Shown here: piece after piece, positions 36,259-49,329 of the stretch | How the letters are laid out: the number at the start of each line of letters is the position of its first letter | Numbering within the stretch: position 1 is the stretch's first letter | Source: Podarcis tiliguerta | Lineage: Eukaryota | Assembly: GCA_965153285.1 (NCBI GenBank) | Contig: OZ229115.1 | Length of the DNA: 64,000 bases | Direction: 5' to 3' (one strand) | Notes under the pieces: model-generated | What the model saw: only the letters and a program-made list of their open reading frames with translations | The model's database searches: none | Told to the model about the DNA's origin: nothing | Position numbers and translations under genes: made by a program

Positions 36259-39200
36259 GTACCCCTGCTCATGGAAGCCCAACACCCTGCAGAACTGAGT
36301 ACTGGTGCACCAGGTGATGGAAGGGCACACAAGCGCTCTGGGCAACCCCACAAACGGAAAGCTGCATTAGATGTTTTGACATGCTGGAGCTGGGGTAGGT
36401 GGGGAGAGGGAGAGACAGGCAAAGCTTGTCCCACATGCTGTTTTCTGGATGTTTTAATTTGCATTCCTTGCCTGGGGCACCTTGGGCTGGATGAAAGTAG
36501 GAGCCTTCCCGCAACCCCTACTTGGTGGTTTTTCAAGCCTCGTTCCAACAAGCCGCTGGAGAGATTCACCTCTATGTCCCATGGTTTCTCCTCAGCTTGC
36601 GCCCTCCCTCGTTATCCCACAGCTCCAAAAAAGGTGAAATAAGCAAAAGTTGGTTCTGTGTGCTCTCACGGAAGCAGAGTGGCACTTTAGACTTCAAAGA
36701 ATTGCAGCTACACCCACTTGCCTAGCAGTAAGATCACTCCTAGAGCAGCACCCACTGGGCCATTACAGGGAAAGCCTCTCACCAGGCTCTCAGCAGGAAA
36801 CACTAAATCAAGCATGCACTCTGTGTGGATAGAAGCATAGCATATCGCTGCAAACAGGACCAACCCTACCAAGAAGCAACATGAAGTAGTTTGCTTCAGG
36901 CAGCAGATTTCAGAAGGCATGCTGTTTTCCTGGCTTTCATCTCCCTCTCACTGGAGAAAAATGTTTCTGGGCATCATGTTACTTTTTGCTCGAAGTGCAA
37001 AAGCATCTAAGACCCCTAACCTGTCTATAACCTGGCAAAGAACTCAGATTCAACAGGGAAATGTTGGAACAGTTTTATGGAGTGGCTTGCCGCTCCTTGG
37101 ATCTTATTGTTTTAGCTGTTTTAATTGTTTTAATTTTAATAGAATGTTTGCCATAGCATGGGCTGCACATGTGGGGGTATAAATTCAATTGCGAAAATAA
37201 AAATGGTTATAACATGGCAACATCCTTTACTCTGTGGGTAATGGAAGAGCAACCTTTCTAGGCGGGATGTACATTGCAGCTTCTCCATAGTCCTCACTTC
37301 CCACCACCCCCTGCTAAAAAAGAGAGAAATATTTGCTGGTCATTCCCACATTGGTTGGGATAGACTGAAGTGGTGGTGGTAGGCTGCTTCAGACTTCCCC
37401 TATTGTGTAGAATTCTAACCACACATGCGGAGAGGCTATGGGGCCAGATAACATGGATGCAATGGATGGTGAACAGCTAGCAAATGTGGCCCAGTTCTCT
37501 CCTTTATTGCTTGAGTTACTTAAAGGCCAAAATAAGGCTCATCCCTTGTTGAGCATAGGCAGGGAACTTCTGCCTCCTAGCTGGGCACTGTACCTGTGAT
37601 AATCCCCATGGAAATCCAGCCACATGGACAACATAACCTGCATTTATATCTCATGCTAGTTCTGACCAGCCGTGTGGACTGGCAGAATAGAGCAGGGGGA
37701 TATGCCTTTAGACTCTTGGAATGAGAAGCACAGGAACAGTATGGACATGAAGATAGGGTCACCTGCATGTTTTCCTTGGCGATACACGCCCCATACTTCT
37801 CAGATGATAAATCCTTCATGTTGAAATGAAAGCTATAATGCTCAATCCTTTTGTTAATATGGATGCCCAAGTTGTGTTCCTGCCAAGTGGAGTGAAGCTA
37901 AGAGGTAGGCTTCTACTTCATCACTAGCTCACAGGATTGCTTTGGATGTACCTGAGGATGCCCAAACACAGATTTCCGTGCCACTTGAGATTGCCACAGT
38001 TCCTCTGTGCACTATGCCTCCAGCCTCAGAAAAAGAACTCAAGCAATGCTTTCTTCTGATGCCAGCAGAGTTTTTGCTACTACTATTATTACCTGCAGGA
38101 GGTGCTGTTTTAGTTTCAATGAGACCTGCATACTTCCAACATTCTTAGCTATTTCACTGGGAAGCGCTCCAATGTAAACTGATAAAAAGAGGCATTCAGA
38201 GCCCATGAGTTCCCTGAGCATAGTGTTGCCCTTGTTGAAACAGGGTGGGTTTGCTGTGGTTTTCTTGGTTTCTTTGATTCGGTGCCTAATGCAGACTGTG
38301 GATAAAGCAGCAACTCATCTCTAAACCCAGGGATTTAGGGCAGGATTCTTTAGAAGGCCTAGTAAACAGCACTGCACTCTCTAATCCCGGGAGCAGGTTA
38401 CTACCTGCTTGGTTCATATAAACTTTGTCGGCTACAGCGATTTCACATTGTGGTTGAGTTCCAAACATGCCCTCAGGACTGAAATGTTTATTGCAGAAGA
38501 GAAGGGATTGTAAAATATCTCCTTGGAAAAAGGGAAGATGAAGAACTGAGAACCTAAATAAACACTCGCCAGAACCGGATTGCTGTTGCAAAATCATTAA
38601 CAAATGAAAATAAATAAAAAATACACCATAATATTGGGGGGTGCATTTCCTATTATGGCAATCACAGCTGACCAGAGGAAATGATATCCAATTCAGTTAG
38701 CCTGTCCTGCAGTGATTGCTATGAATGAAGTGTTAATGCAGGGCAAGTACCAGGGACAGAGCTATTTCAGAAAATGAGAGATCACAGAGGTGTAGCTATA
38801 AGTTCAATCCCTTTGCATTGATTATGGACTAATAAAGACCATATAAAGCAATTGGCAATGTATATTATAGGCTCCATACAAATGCCTACCAAGCCAAAAT
38901 CACAGTTCTGGTTCCCTTGCCATTTCTTTCCACCCACATCCTACAAATGCAGTCAAGAATGAAAGTCAAAAGTTGAGATACTGTCCACTGTTATTTGGGG
39001 CTGAATAGAAGTCATTATCAAGAGCCACAAGGATTTCTTAGCACAGTGTATAGAGAAATCCCTGCCACTACAACTGATACATCATCACAGTGAAGAAACT
39101 AGATGAGGAAATGAAGGAGACACGAATAACTTTAAACACTGTGTTGTCCTTGTATGAATTGCTGACAAATAAAAACAGAAGAAAAATAACTTGAAATATA

Positions 39201-39530
39201 TTGATTCAAGAGCATGCAAGTGTTGAAATTAAATACCCTAGAGACAATGGAATTCCAGTGGTGTATTAGGATTTGAGCAGTTATTTAGCAGCCCTGAACA
39301 TTTTGCAGCTGCTCGGATGGCAATCTCCCACAAGCATGATTTGGAAGAAATCAGATAGAACCCAGATCCAAGGAACATTTGGTACATAGCATTTCTGGGA
39401 TGATATTTATAATGGTCTCTAATACATGGGAATTCAAGCGAACCACATATTCACAGGGATGGACCCCGTGACCTAAATGCCTGTTTGGAGAACAAGCATA
39501 AAGCAGTAAACTGAAGAAATTGTAACTTAC

Positions 39531-39602
39531 AAAATCTTTAAATTGTAGAGGCCAGAAAATGCTTTCCCTGGAATCTTAGAGAGTTGATTTCCAGATAGGC
39601 GC
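39531..39602 (-). CDS. LGR6: LGR6 exon 3 (RLSGNQLSKIPGKAFSGLYNLKIL)
   Basis: tttattacAG acceptor, 72 bp, TT|GTAAGT donor. Confidence 0.95.
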
Positions 39603-40144
39603 CTGTAATAAACAAAAGAGACATGGTCAAGATAACAAGATAACATATTTGAAAGTCTACTAGTGCCTTTTGTAAGGAAAAGGCATCTAGCTCAGGAAAT
39701 CCTGAGCTAGATACAGCTTTGTGAGCAGAACCAACAGTCATTTCAGGAAGAAGGTATTTCTAAAACTGCTGTGAACAATTCTATATGTTCCTCTCGTCAC
39801 TATTCATACTAGCCACATGGAAGGCAGTATCCGGTATCAAGGGGCTACTCTTGGCTTTATAGCTAAGGTTTCATTGGCTGAGTTTGCACATAAACCCATA
39901 TTGCTCTTCCCGGGGCATGTCAGTAAAGCCAAGGTTTGGCTTAGAATGTTGTCCAAAGCCAGGATTGTGGTTTCCTTAACCATAGTCTATAGCCAAGTTT
40001 TGCTCATATGGTTAAGGAGGAGAGACCTGAACAATGACCCTCTTATCAAATAACATGCTAAACCAAACCCTGGCTTAACTGCTGTCCCATGCTGAGCTGA
40101 GCCCTGAGAGAAGCAAAGGTGGAGTGAGCTCTTATCTGGGAGTT

Positions 40145-40206
40145 GGCAGGGGGTTGGACTCGATGGCCCTTGTGGTCTCTTCCAACTCAATGATTCTATG
40201 ATTCTA
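40145..40206 (+). mobile_element. CR1 3' terminal fragment
   Basis: GCAGGGGGTTGGACTCGATG..TTCCAACTC..GATTCTATGATTCTA. Confidence 0.75.
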
Positions 40207-41002
40207 AGATATTACAAAGCTGCCCATTGCCTGGGGCAACCCAGTCAGATGGGCAACATAAGAACAACAACTCATTTTAGTTTGAATGCCATAAAAATGT
40301 GTTCTTATGGGGTTATGATTTGAGATATTCATAGAAAAAATATTTCTTGAAGCCTGGGATAGCTGAAAAGAGTTTCCATGTTCAGAGGCAGTATAACAGA
40401 TACTGAGGACAAACCAGAGGTGAGGGATGTTGCCTTTCCTCTCTTCTAGTAAGTTTCTCAGAGGCAACTCGCTGACTAATTTTGGAAATAGAATTTTGGC
40501 CTAGGTAGTCCTTTCAGTCTGATCTAACAAAGCTCTTCTTGTGTTTCTAAGAGTCTGCAGACTTTCTGGAGTCATCCAAATACAATGACATGGACATAAT
40601 ACCAGTCACTTTTCGTCCGTTTAAAGTATGATTGCTTTTGTGAATGCATTTATGCACATAAGTATACAAGTGCTGCATGTCTCTCTCCTTCCCTGGGATT
40701 TAAAGAAATGGCGCCCATAATTAGTCCTATAAAAGCATAAAGAGTACAGGGTCATCTCTTTAATATACAGGAGCAGGTTTCAACCTGCCTTCCTTATAGT
40801 ACATCACCAGCTGCCTTGCAGTCTCTGCTTACTGTCACTCCGGGACTCTCTAACTTTTGATATTGCTTCTTTGGATTGATTTCTGCTCCCCTGAAGGGGA
40901 TGGTGTTTCTGAGGCGAGATGAGACAAATGGTGGTCACGCAACACATTTTGTTTTATCCTCCTTTCTGTGCATTTTCTATAAGCTGCTATTTCCTGGGGA
41001 CT

Positions 41003-41258
41003 AGAAGAAGAGGAAGAAGAGTTTGGATTTGATATCCCGCCTTTCACTCCCCTTCAGGAGTCTCAAAGCAGTTAACATTCTCCTTTCCCTTCCTCCCCCA
41101 CAACAAACACTCTGTGAGGTGAGTGGGGCTGAGAGACTTCAAAGAAGTGTGACTGGCCCAAGGTCACCCAGCAGCTGCATGTGGAGGAGTGGAGACGCGA
41201 ACCCGGTTCCCCAGATTACAAGACTACCGCTCTTAACCACTACACCACACTGGCTCTC
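41003..41258 (-). mobile_element. tRNA-derived SINE, Squam3-like, (CTT)n tail
   Basis: Near-identical reverse complement of 20155-20392. Confidence 0.85.
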
Positions 41259-42999
41259 TAGATTTCTAACCCCTAGAAACCTGAACTGTTTGTGTAGTGT
41301 GCCAAAAGAGCACCCACATAAGTGAGGGGATGCTTGAGACTGTCACCTGCATCTTTATCTTTCTATATCCTAGTTAGTAACATGAGGTGAGGAGCGCTGC
41401 TCTGACGGTTACCTTCCTCCACACACAGACAGTTTTCCAGAGGCTCTTGTGCCTTGCACTGAAAAAGAAGGGATGAAGCACTGAACTCAGAATGGGAGGG
41501 ACAGACAGGACTCCGGTAGACTGTGTGTGTGCGTACACGCTCCTGTATCATCAAGTATATAGGGAAAGTTTAGTTTGTTGTGCTTGCCCTTTCGTGGGGG
41601 GAGGGGAGCTTGAGTCGTGTGCCTAGTGTAATATGCTTTTACCACAAACCAACAGGGAGAGAGGAGCTATGCCACTGAAGCTGTCAACACTGGTTTCAGT
41701 TCCCTATCATTAATCACTCAGACTATTTAGCCCTGTATATCCTGACACAATAGCATTCTGTGCACAGGGTGTCACCCCCACCCCACTCCCATTGCATTTC
41801 CAGTGTTTATTGTCAATCAGCAAAACCCATTCCTGCCCAGTTCCACTTAGTTTCTTTGCTGACTGCAACTTTCTCACACAAACATCCATCTGCCTGATTC
41901 TCCCCATCAGAGGGAAGACAAAGTTGTATGCCTTGGCTCAACAAAGTCACTTCCATTTTGATGACTGAAGTGACAAGTGGATATGTTCTCGGCTTCCAGG
42001 TCTGTGTCGTGGTCTCTGTATTATGCTCCTCCACGACTCTGCTTCATTAGGCATTTTACGCCCCCCTCTTTCTGTAGACAGCTTTCCAAGAGGTACACAC
42101 AACTGGTCTGCCATGTACCCTGTGAAGTAACTTCAGGGGACGTAGACAGAAGCATTGGCTGGAATTCAACGCAGCGTTAAGTGGGAGATGCATGAGTGGA
42201 ATGAACTCTTCTGGTGGGGATTTAGAACAGATTTAGAGCAACAACTTAATTGAATCATGCCCACTTTTTGTGAGGCGGAAGTCAGTCTATGAATCCATTT
42301 CCACATGGAAAAAATAAAAGAAGTCGCTATCCTCTCATACCCCAGGTTTCATCCATCCCAGTATCTGTTCCTTTGATTAAAGAAAAGTGCCAGCCCAACA
42401 AAGTTCAGTAAAAACTGCTGGTTCTGTTTGTGTGGTTATTCTTCTTGTGACATTTCAGCCTGAGTATGACATTCTTTCTCTTAAGCATACAACGTTTCAA
42501 ATAATTTTTGAAGGGGAAATTTGGAATAAATGTAAAAAACAAATATGGACCGGTATTTTGATGATGATGTAGTCATGTGGACACTGCTAATCGCTCATGG
42601 ACATGAGCAGTACTGGTTCCATCTGGAAGCACTCCTCGAATTTATTTTTAAATTATAGTTGTTTGCAGGCTGTGTGCTCCCAGTCCTCAGGGCACATATC
42701 AACCTTGATTGATAAAATGACTGTCACCCTTGCATTGCATCTACCTCTTCCCTTCTATTTTGTAGGATGCAATACAGCACTACTGGTTTGGATCAGCTAA
42801 TGTGAAATGTAGATCTACGGGGTGGGAGCCAGATAAGATCTAAATAAACCAAACATTTGGAAGCAGTATAAACAAATTATTTAAATGCTGCACACATGAC
42901 TTTGTCACATATCACCTGTTTCTGCCATACGTATCACTTTGCCTCAGAATTGGGAAGGGAATGCTAAACCAAAAGGCCATATAACCTCATTATGCTTAC

Positions 43000-43071
43000 A
43001 GTTCTTCTAGAAAGCGCAGGTGGTGGAAGTCCCCAGGCAGCAGCTCACTGATGTTGTTCATGCTCAAATCA
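43000..43071 (-). CDS. LGR6: LGR6 exon 2 (LRR: [24 protein letters not shown])
   Basis: tttgtttctcAG acceptor, 72 bp, CT|GTAAGC donor; LxxLxLxxNxL motif. Confidence 0.95.
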
Positions 43072-44002
43072 CTGAGAAACAAAAACAAAGAAAAGGGGGG
43101 GGGGAATCAGAGTTTGGATCATTTGCAATACCCAAGTAAAATATAAATTTATAGGACATAGTTCAGCCTGCAAAAAAAACTATCAAAAACTATCGCTCGT
43201 GTAGGCTCTGCTCAGATCTTCATTCATTGTTAGACAGAACCATGTTTTCACTCTGTGCAAAGTGCTAATGGATTGTTCAATTGTGCATATTGTAAATGGG
43301 AGGGGGAAATGCTGTCTGGATGGCAATTTCAACAGCAGGAAGTTTTGTGTGGCTGAATAGTTCAGTAAGGCTAATGTTGCATAAGCCACACAATAGGTGT
43401 ATTGCTTTGTTATGCAGTTTTGCCCTCAACTCATACCACGTAGCAGGTTCATCCCCAAAGTTTGCAAATAATGTTCCCAAATGGAATTCACATGGGCTTG
43501 AAAGCCTTTTCCTTGAATGTGGTACAACTGAGATAGATATAGTTTGAGCAAATTTAAACAGGTTGTTTTTCATCACTGAAACAAGCCCACAGTGAGGTAA
43601 CAAGCAAATCCAGGTAGGGAATGTAGCTCTTCTGTGGATTGGCTGGGGTTACCAGCATGGTTTTTCTGTTGTTTAGCTTGTCTAGGTGCTTTAAGTTCCA
43701 CACCCACGTCATCTGCCAGTTTCTTGCAATTCTCTATTATTGTTCTAAAGGGTTTCTTGCTACTTTCCCTGTGTTGTTACATTATTCCCAGCAAATCTTG
43801 TATATGTGCCTTCATTTCCATTACATCTAACAGATTGCATAGCTTAGGTGACGGGCTATAGTGTCAAAGAAGATTTGCTTATGGTCACAAGACAATAAAA
43901 TTGATGTCAAGTGATGTGCTAGACACTTGTTCTATGACAGGAAGATCTACTGTTCCAATTTTAAAAAGCTATTTCAGTAATGTTGAAACAATAAATATAC
44001 AA

Positions 44003-44303
44003 AGTTTATCCACACTTACCTTTCCTCCAGGCTTTCCAGGAGCGGTCTGCGCTTTAAAGCTCCCTGTCTAATCACTTTTTGTTTTTGTTTTTTGCTTTGG
44101 AGCCTTCTTCATGAAAACCTGCTCTTTACCACTGAATTGGAGCAAATGACAATCCACAGAAAACCCAAATTGCTGTTTGTTGTGCTTCAGCTTTAAAGAG
44201 CAGATTTTCATGGAGAAAGCTCTAGGGCGGGGGGGAAAAACCTCTTGTACATGGAGTTTTAAAGTGCAGACTTGTGCCTGGAAAGGTAAGTATGAATAAG
44301 CCC
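44003..44303. mobile_element. Palindromic PIF/Harbinger-like MITE
   Basis: Ends TTATCCACACTTACCTTTCC / GGAAAGGTAAGTATGAATAAGCCC; related pieces at ~11599-11725, ~29560-29656 and ~53105-53300 (CTCTTTACCACTGAAT.GGAGCAAA). Confidence 0.6.
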
Positions 44304-45316
44304 TAACTCTTCTTCTGTATTGATCACTCCACATCCCATTGGCACCAGAGGTGTGGAAGTGGAGAAAAAAACAAGCAGACATCAGCTGGACTGAGTAAAA
44401 CAAAACTCACTTTATGGCTCAAATCTCAGCAAGTGCTCAGACTTAGCCTTTAATGGCATTTCACAATATTTGGGAATCTTTTAAATGTCTTCCTGCTGTT
44501 TTATAGATGTTTCATTTCAGCTTTTATATGATGGCCTTAATTTCCTTATCTGCTGCTTTTATGATCTTGAATAATGTTATTGGGCAGCTGTTTTGTTTGT
44601 CATATTTTAGCTTTATTGTAAGCCAACATGGGGTCTTTGGCAAGAAGATGAGATATAAATACCGCAAATCAAACAAACAAGCAAGAAATATATTATCTGC
44701 ATCAACTTCCTCATAAAATATAATTTAGCCATTGCCCATCACTATTGCTGAAAACCATTTCTTCAAGTTTCCCATACCTTGGGTTTATAGATACCTTCTT
44801 GTCCATGAACTGTGCATGGAGTTTTAATTTACTTTAAAAAAATAAAAAAACTGGAGCACAGTGCTTTTCTGCAAGCATACCTAGTTAAAAAATATATCTG
44901 ATGCTGCATGCGGAAGTGGAGGTGATGAGAAACTTAAAACAAATTTCAGATATATTGTAGTCGTCATATCTAAGGATTATGGTGCAGCCAGGCATGTAGT
45001 TTTGTCTGCTATCAGACGAAAACTGTCAGATGAAAATTCACTGAGAATAATTGTATTTTAAAAGGAAACAATTTTCCAACACTGAAGAAGATGGGGATAG
45101 AATAATGGCTGAAGAAGTTTGGTCCACATTGATCTTGTCAAAAGCTTATGCCTCTTTTTACTTATTAATAGTTTTTTTTAAAACACTAGCAGCAGCAGCA
45201 GCAACAACAACAACAATAACTGATACCTCTTTAATGAGGCAACTACTGTTGTAAACAAACAGTGGAAGAACATAAGGCGAGGAGAGCTGAACCACCACCT
45301 CATGTGAGCATCAGCA

Positions 45317-45657
45317 GTAAAGGTAAAGGGACCCCTGACCGTTAAGTCCAGTCGCAGATGACTTTGGGGTTGCGGTGCTCATCTCGCTTTACTGGCCGAG
45401 GGAGCGGGCGTTTGTCCGCAGACAGCTTCCGGGTCATGTGGCCAGCATGACTAAGCTACTTCTGGCGAACCAGAGCAGCGCACGGAAACGCCGTTTACCT
45501 TCCCGCCAGAGTGGTACCTATTTATCTACTTGCACTTGATGTGCTTTCGAACTGCTAGGTGGGCAGGAGCAGGGACCGAGCAACGGGAGCTCACCCTATT
45601 GTGGGGAATCGAACCACCGACCTTCTGATCAGCAAGCCCTAGGCTCTGTGGTTTAGA
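45317..45657 (-). mobile_element. Sauria SINE (slightly 5'-truncated)
   Basis: Reverse complement of the 50299 copy; TAAAGG tail. Confidence 0.9.
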
Positions 45658-45713
45658 CAACATTTGGCGACCATACTGAACTTGGGGAGTCCCACGCCTA
45701 TCAGTTTGGAAGT

Positions 45714-45959
45714 TGTTATGTACTGAATTTCTCACCCTGGGCCAGCAGGGGGATACTGTAGATAATTTTCACTCAGGTCCACGTCAGTTATTTTAGGCGG
45801 GAAACCCTGGGTTGTTGTTGCTACAATGTTGACAGCCGGCTGCCTATAAAAGCAGGCCGGCTGAGCTGTTTGCTGTTCAGTTCTGTTCCAGCTTACAAAA
45901 TAAAGAGCTGCTTTGGAGAAATCGCTGTGTCGTCTGCCATGTCTACCCACTATTCTACA
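45714..45959 (+). mobile_element. Solo LTR (246 bp)
   Basis: TG...CA ends; 5-bp TSD GAAGT; TATAAAA and AATAAA in U3-R order. Confidence 0.88.
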
Positions 45960-47963
45960 GAAGTGAAATAAGGCTACTGAAAAATAAGATAGTGGTTTTT
46001 TCATAGCCAGGAGGTGCCCCGCCCCAGTGCTTCTGTGCCCACGTCAAGCTCCTTGCCGCATCAACTTCCCCATTGCCTCCCCCTCTGTTACTGGCAGCCA
46101 CCTTTGAATTGGAAAGCCAGGTAAACAGCAGCAACCAACACTGCTCTGACCCACCAGCCGCTACAGATTACTTTGTCAATTAAAAGATTACTTTTAAAAA
46201 ACTGAAAACAGCATTCCAATATGGACTTATGTTCAGTGACTTCCAAGACTGACTGAATTTGAGCCATGAAATGTTAAGGTATCCCTTGAAAAAAAGAAGA
46301 AATAAAGATGGTGGGTGAAACTGGCCATCTTGAGCCACTAATGTCTTTAGTTTACATTAACTCTCATCCTCATGTTGTGCATAGAGACTTCAAGAGAGAG
46401 GAAAGGATAAAAGATGTCTCTTTTCCTTCACCCTCTCCACCCCCCAGGGCCCCCAAACAACAGTTCAAGGCTCCTGTTCTTTGCTTATTTGTTTTGTTTG
46501 TTTGTTTTGTATATTTCTTTCAGTTAAACACTGTCCAGGGTGGTTCACAATTAAATACAAAAAAAAAAAAAAAGGGGAAGAGAAGTGAGAGAGGGTTTGT
46601 GAGGGATACACACCAGGGACACACTCAAAATGCAACATTTTGTTAAATTAGTACTTTTTAAAGTGTAAGAGTACTATTAAAATACCAACAGAGGCCACAA
46701 AATACCAACAGAGTCCAGCTCATCTAAGAGCTACATTATAGAGGTCATAGCATATAAAGTATATAGGAAACAGCATAAACATTTCATAAATGATGTTATA
46801 TTACATGTTAGGGGCAGATTAAACAATGCAGCATTTTCATGTATATCCCTATTTCTATTTACGCTACAAACAAACTGGTTTAATAGTTTAACTGATCTAG
46901 TTTGGGCATATGTAAAGTAAACATTTCAGCCAATTTAATAGTTGGGGAAGCCTGGGAACTGCATTTTAAGCGTCGAGGCAAGGATCTGTACAAGATAATT
47001 TTCAGTATTCTCAGTAAAATGCAACAGGAAGCCATGACAGTAAAACCTATATTGATTTTATATCAGTTCTGCCCTAAGTCACACTATGGCCTAAACACTT
47101 CTTGATAGTTGGAGGACAAGATATATTATTCACACACAATTCTAAATGGAAAACAAGTTTTTGCAGTTTTTAAAATATTGCCTCTGTGGCATCCCAGCAT
47201 AAAGAATGAATGCTTTCAGTCAGCCTTACTCACTGTACTACTGCCCTGCTTAAATGTCAACATTCTGGATGAAAGCCCCAAACAGTTTTTGCAGTCCTAT
47301 GTAATGTTGGGCCTTGCTAAATTTAGAGACCTTAACTCACTTTCCTTACATTTCAGAAGCTTGCAAGAGAGCTTCTTATTCCTGTTAGCCCTAGGAATTC
47401 CCAACCTGAATACACTGGAAAATTAAGACAAAGTTCCTGGAAACTGAACCACATGTGATTCAGAGTCAGGCTTCATAACTCACCTGTCCCTCAAGGGGCT
47501 CCTTAATTCAAGCGCTTTGATGTCCCTCGCCTCTCATAAACAAACCTTTTTACCTCTGCTTTTAGTTAGCATCATTATTTTTTTTCTTTTTTTGCCTAAA
47601 AGGCAAAAAGAAGTTACACCCCCCTCACATTAGTTTGCAAAGTCCACTGACAGTTTTCTGCCTCAGCTGTTAAATCTAAGGACACCAGGAGCCTCAGGCT
47701 TACAAGCTTCTGAAGTCCACTTGCCACATCAGAGGCCAACATTTTATGTATACTTCTTGCCAAGCACCACACATACAGCTAAGCATGTGAAATGTAAAAT
47801 ACTAAGCAACACACTAAAACCATTTTCACACAAAACACTTAAAAAGCACCTTTGGACCGCTCCCCAAGTCGAGCGAAAGCTATTAATATGACACAGAAAA
47901 AGAGAACAAAAATTCTAGGTCAATGTACATTCTCCCCAACTTAATTATGTTACAGGTCTATTT

Positions 47964-48296
47964 CATACCCTCCAACATTCCTCCGATGAAAATAGGGACG
48001 TCCCATTCCATAATGATAATTATACTATTTATACCTTACTGGTTTGTCCCAGTATTCTGGGCAGCTTCTAACATATATGAAAACATAATAAAACATTAAA
48101 CATTAAAAAAAACCCTTGCGTATACAGGATTGCCTTCAGATGGCTCAGCGATTGGATAACTCCACACCGTCCAACATTTCTCCAGTGAAAATAGGAACAT
48201 TCTAAGGAAAAGCAGGACATTCTGGGATCCAGTTAGAAACTGGGACAGCTCTAAATCAAGGACGTCCCTGGAAAATAGGGACATTTGGAAGGTCTG
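47964..48296 (+). mobile_element. Composite non-autonomous DNA transposon containing an L2 3' tail
   Basis: TIR CATACCCTCCAA / TTGGAAGGTCTG; 6-bp flanking direct repeat CTATTT; inverted homologue at ~58365-58706. Confidence 0.75.
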
Positions 48297-48879
48297 CTAT
48301 TTATGAATCACATACAATAGTATTTTATTACAGCATGAGGTAAAAGAGGAGACCTCTGTCCTGTCCCTACAGCAAGGAAGCAAGGGCCAGTTTGGTCTTT
48401 CAAATTTCAGTGGTGCCCTCTGTGATGAGAAAATTCAGTGCCCCCTTGCCTTCTCCCCTCATGGCTGCTTCATTTCTGCTGGGTTTCCTCTTATCTTCTC
48501 CCCACCCACCACCCTGCTCTGCCTTCTCCTCTCAACACAGGCGGTGTGCCACTAAAACACATCACATTGGGTTTGGTCCTCAATCCAATAGCTGAGAGGT
48601 GGCCTGCCAACTGTTTGTTTCATTCAGCTTTCATGCCTGAAATCTTCAGAGCCCTTGGCCCTTGGAGAATTGGCTACTTCATTCTGGTCAGCTGTGGCTT
48701 TCATCAAACATTCAGGACTGAGTATATTTTTTTAAAGGGACAGGTGGGGGGAGGAATGAGGGAGCTGTTCTTTAAGAAGTAAGTATACAGTGTGCAGAGT
48801 TCCTGGCACAGGAAGGAATGCACCTGAGCAGGTGTGGATCACACACTTGGCTAATCCTTTAATCCCAGTGAACCTACTG

Positions 48880-49060
48880 CAAGATGCATCTCATGAGCAC
48901 CCTGAGACCAATAGCTGGAAACCACAGGAGGTGAGAGTGCTCTTGTGTTCAAATCCTGTTTGCGGGGTTCCCACAGGCATCTGCTTGGCCAGTGTGAGAA
49001 CTTAATGCTGGATTAGATTGGGCCATTGGCCTGATCCAGCAGGCTCTTCTTAAGTTCTTA
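48880..49060 (+). mobile_element. CR1 LINE 3' end
   Basis: ...GGCCATTGGCCTGATCCAGCAGGCTCTTCTTAAGTTCTTA. Confidence 0.7.
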
Positions 49061-49282
49061 CAATAGGGTCAGACCTCCAAAGAAGACAGCAGTTCCTTCT
49101 GCCGTTTCCTCCACTGCTCTTCAATGTTCATATTTCACTCTCATCTCCTTACTCTCTTATGCCAGCTGCAAAGATTCTGTTGCAAACTAAACACCTGTTG
49201 ACACCTGCCTTGACTGCTTTTGTACTCCTTTCTATTGAAAACTGCTTTACACAGGTTATTGGTCTTAAAACAATGCAAATAA

Positions 49283-49327
<45 letters not shown>
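49283..49327. repeat. (TA)n(CA)n microsatellite at the MITE target site
   Basis: Direct reading. Confidence 0.95.

Positions 49328-49329
<2 letters not shown>

Larger units (their letters stand above)
8604..43071 (-). other. LGR6: Partial LGR6 gene (exons 2-6 and introns); the gene extends beyond both window edges
   Basis: Five phase-2 exons join into [168 protein letters not shown]. Residues such as AEALW, DANLIS, ALNNLPA, FQNLTS and LGTH match LGR6 rather than LGR4/LGR5 as I recall those sequences. The 72/72/72/216/72 exon pattern is that of LGR4/5/6. Confidence 0.95.
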
